Notes under the pieces: generated by a model
Databases searched by the model: none
The model's input: the letters and a program-made list of their open reading frames with translations, nothing else
What the model was told of the DNA's origin: nothing
NCBI GenBank assembly: GCA_965153285.1
Contig: OZ229111.1
DNA from: Podarcis tiliguerta
Taxonomy: Eukaryota
DNA: 64,000 bases
Reading direction: 5' to 3' (one strand)
Program-made: the position numbers and the translations under genes
Shown: positions 60,411-64,000 of the stretch, in pieces
Position numbering within the stretch: position 1 is the first letter of the stretch
How the letters are laid out: every line of letters starts with the position of its first letter

Positions 60411-61996
60411 CATACTGAATCTTTGTCAATAACTCGAAATGGAGGAGGAAGAATATAAAATGTTGCTTACAGTTTGCTAAACTCCCTCTGAAGGTACCTT
60501 CTAGAACAGGATACATTCCAGAACAAAAAGATCTACTGATTTATAATACTCCTTGCGAATGCTGTGTTGACCAAATGTGAACACAGTCTATTTAATTCTA
60601 AAGCCATGGGCACTACAATTGCAATAATGAAATAGATTTGGAAATGTGCCTGTTCTGCAGGCATGTAAGCCCTTCTTAGAGGGAAGCCAATTAAAATGTT
60701 GGCTTTGTCCTTGGAGGTTAATACACACTTGGCTGCTAAGGAAGTAGCCTACTTTCTTAGCAGAAATAATGAGTGGACAGGAGACAAAGGATTAATGAAT
60801 TATCCTAATCTCTGTTTGTTTACAAATGTACCATTCCAGCAGATGGCTTTGAACAGCAATTGAGTTTAACAGCGACATAACTCAAGCATCCCACAAAGTG
60901 ATTATCAGCCAAACCCCCTTTTCTCCCTTCACACAAGTCAATCGTTTTAACTCTATGCTTCCAAATTCAGACTAAAGCTCCCAAAAACATTTTTTTCTTC
61001 CACACCCAGAACAGAGAACCAAGCCTGTAAAACTTACTTGCATTGTCAAGCTGTCGAAATTGCTATCTGCAACACCTTGATTCCTAAGAGAAAATGCCTC
61101 CTGACAACTGGCAAAGGCAATTAACCTGGAGAGAGGCAAGTTTGAAAAGAAACAGATGTGAAATCCTCTCCTAAAGTAACAGGAAAGTTGAAAGGCGTTA
61201 CAGGATGCCTTACATCAGAGAAATATTCTACTGGCCAGCTAGGCTGGTTGAGCAGGAGGAAATTATCATTGTAGCGAAACACCCACCATTATTATAGATA
61301 AGTCAAGTGTAGAAAGAGGCCCTGTAGACTGCAAGAACATCTGGCACCAGGATGGCCAGATGCAAAAAAAGAACAGGGCTCCTGTACTTTGAAGATGGAA
61401 CTTTAGCTACTTTTCATAGCATTGTCTTTTTTTTTTTAATCATCTTGCCATCCTACCTCTCTTGCCATCGTGTGTGTGTGTGTGTGTTTGTGTATGTGTA
61501 TCTGCACAACCGTAGGTGCATTTCACTTCACACAGTGCATCTTGGTGGAGTTGGGCCACCAGATTTCTGAGGTGGTGGGAGGATTTTGCTCCAATAAAGT
61601 CCAAATTGGGAGCAAGATTGGCCCCGTCCTGGCAAGCACAGGATGTGGGGTTTTGTCTCTCACTCCATTCCATATGGCAGCAATATTTTTAACCATATAT
61701 AATTCAGTGGGGATTCTCAGAGAAACTAACTGGAGATGCCACACTGACTAGAAGAACCTGACCTCAGGAAGCCATTACGCTCTCAAAGTGAAATGGAAGG
61801 GATTAAATTTCGCAGCACAGCAGATCAACAGACCAGATGAGGGCACCGAAAGAATCATCTTCTCCACCACAGTCCATTTTAAAATACCTTATTGGCTGCC
61901 TGGACTGACTGCAGTATTGATACTGAACCTTCTATGAAAACATTTGCCAGTCCCATGTGTAAAAGCTACAAATGGTCCCAAGATGTGAATCTTTAC

Positions 61997-62131
61997 TAGG
62001 GTTGCCATATTTAAAAAAGTAAAAACCAGGACACCCTGGTTGGATTTACTTGCCTAAGATCCAGGACAAAGCACAAATGGACATCAATTCTGCCTTTGAA
62101 ATCCCAGTAATCCAGGTGTATCGCAGCCCTA
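61997..62131. mobile_element. short hAT-like MITE (tagggttgcca family)
   Basis: tagggttgcca ... cgcagcccta. Confidence 0.55.
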
Positions 62132-62770
62132 TCTTTACAGAAAATTAATCTGCATATTTCATTGGTGTCATTTATGTTGCCATTATTTCAATATTACAAA
62201 TTGCTCACTTCAGTTAATAGCTTTGGATCGTTTTGTATATATAAGTTTTTCACACTGCATCATGGGTTTGAAGCCTTCACAATATGCATTCATTATCATT
62301 TGTCTGTCTCCAATGAATGTGAAAGTATTACAATATTTCATGAATATACTTCTTGTTATGCATGTACGCTTTGCTCATGAGAATGAATGTGATTTGGTAT
62401 GAAAGCGTTCAAATATTGTGAAAAAATACTTTGGACCTCAAAAGGGCTTAAAGACATGAGAAGAATGTAGGTGGTTTGGCACAAGCAATGAAATGTGAGA
62501 CTGCAGACATAACGGCAATGCATACTATTTATGTGCAAGCATGGTTCCAAAGTAAATGTATTGAACATAATGGTGGATTTTGGATTGGGAACCAGAAATT
62601 TGGGATCATGATTCCAATGGGACACAATTACAATATTTGGCCTGCATACTTTGGTTTCAAAGGCAAATCAAAAGATACCTGTGTGCTAGGGTTGTCACAT
62701 TTTGGAGAGCAAAAAAGAGGACGCACGATGACTCTTATTTTAAACACTCCTACTATATGTAGGCTATAGA

Positions 62771-62899
62771 TGAGGGATAGGCAAACTTGACCCTCCAGCT
62801 GTTTTGGGACTACAACTCCCATCATCCCTGGTCCTGTTAGCTAGGGATAATGGGAGTTGTAGTCCCAAAACATCTGGAGGGCTGAGTTTGCCTATGCCT
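62771..62899. mobile_element. palindromic hAT MITE (ggactacaactcccat family)
   Basis: Near-perfect hairpin: ataggcaaact..ccctccag.tgttttgggactacaactcccat / atgggagttgtagtcccaaaaca.ctggaggg..agtttgcctat. Decayed relatives lie near 2160, 34940, 46460, 47300 and 63115. Confidence 0.85.
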
Positions 62900-64000
62900 A
62901 TTATAGAAGCTGTGATGCATTGCTGAGGGTGGCAGGAGAAGAGAAGAGGAAAGCAAGTCTTCAACCACCCGTTATGTCTACGTCTCAGCCAAAAAGTATA
63001 GCCATAGACATTTTGGCAAATTTAAAAAAATCCACCCATACAGAAATGTTACCCCTGAAAAAGAGTGTGTGTTCGGGGAAAAAGAAGATACATGTGCAGA
63101 AAGCAATCTCTAAGGCAGGGGTGGAGAGCCTCTCATTGTTGTTGGGTTAGAATTCCGATCAGCCTCAAGCAGCATGGCCAATGGTCAGAGATGATGAGAA
63201 CTGTAGACCACAAGTTCTCCAATCCTCATGTATGGCAATGTATCTATGCACACTCAAGTATACATTTTTTAAAAATCACAAAAAGGAAATGTTCATGGTG
63301 TAAAAGTGAAATCAGAACAGCAACCTCTTATCTCACCTACATGTGTTCACTAGATTGTCTGTACTAGATTGTACCTACATGTGTTCACTACATTGTCTGA
63401 ATGTGTAGTGAATGTGTGTACGTAGGGACCAGGCATGCTGCCATTTGAGCCCTCTCCTTACATGTTTGCTGTACATGCAATTGCTTTGTGAACAGTGCAT
63501 CAGTTTTAGGGCTAAGTACCCAATGGGTATCCTATCGTTTATAACTAGTTTTTTTTAAAATCTTTTTTATACTACAGTTGATTGGAGTCACTGGATTCAT
63601 CCAACTCATTATTATTAAGTGGATATTCACTGAGTAATATTTCACAAGAAAAAAAAATGAAAATTAATTAATTTAGTTTGGTGGACTGGAAATATTATCT
63701 ACCCAGCTCTACTAGTATGTCTGGGCTTACTATAATTTGATAAGTCATAATTTGCAAACAAAATAAAGACAACTCTATTGAAGAATGAGTCTCCAGAACA
63801 GAAATGTATGAGTTTGATCATGATAGGAAAAATATATCATTAGATTAATTAGGCAATTAGCAAAATTCACAGCTGCACTCTTTGACAACTGATTCAGCAG
63901 CTCTGTATTAATGAGGCAAGTCTATATACTTTTTATGAACAAAAAGTTTAGGGAAGCAATAATTCCTTTCATGTTTATCATAAAAGCTAGCAAAAAAGGA

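Noticed and set aside
60832-60850. CTCF-like motif ccagcagatggc (another near 46221)
   Set aside because: Partial matches only; unsupported without ChIP or conservation data.

Overview
This is vertebrate genomic DNA from a squamate reptile, most likely a lacertid lizard, judged from Sauria/Squam1, Squam2-like and Squam3-like SINEs. It is non-coding (a large intron or intergenic region): I could not recognise any host exon, and almost all ORF-track entries are noise. The window is a mosaic of AT-rich unique DNA and transposable elements: 4 Sauria SINEs, about 9 TA-flanked Tc1/mariner-type MITEs, several hAT MITEs with 8-bp TSDs, CR1/L2/RTE-X LINE fragments, and a 132-N gap. It also holds one very young, internally deleted Gypsy chromovirus (35705-39271, TSD CTAAT) with an intact RNaseH-integrase-chromodomain ORF. 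Two observations stand out. (1) The Gypsy pol ORF reads 211 codons into the 3' LTR. Two other, apparently unrelated LTRs in the window (4586-5019, 33546-33771) carry acidic reading frames in the same register, and one shares an ungapped basic/Trp motif, suggesting an LTR-encoded integrase tail. (2) A ~0.8-kb repeat family (3 divergent copies, possibly DIRS/Ngaro-related) contains a ~240-300-nt domain closed by a stem with a compensatory base-pair change and filled with position-conserved but sequence-divergent hairpins, a candidate undescribed structured RNA/ssDNA element. All family assignments come from recalled consensus features, not database searches.
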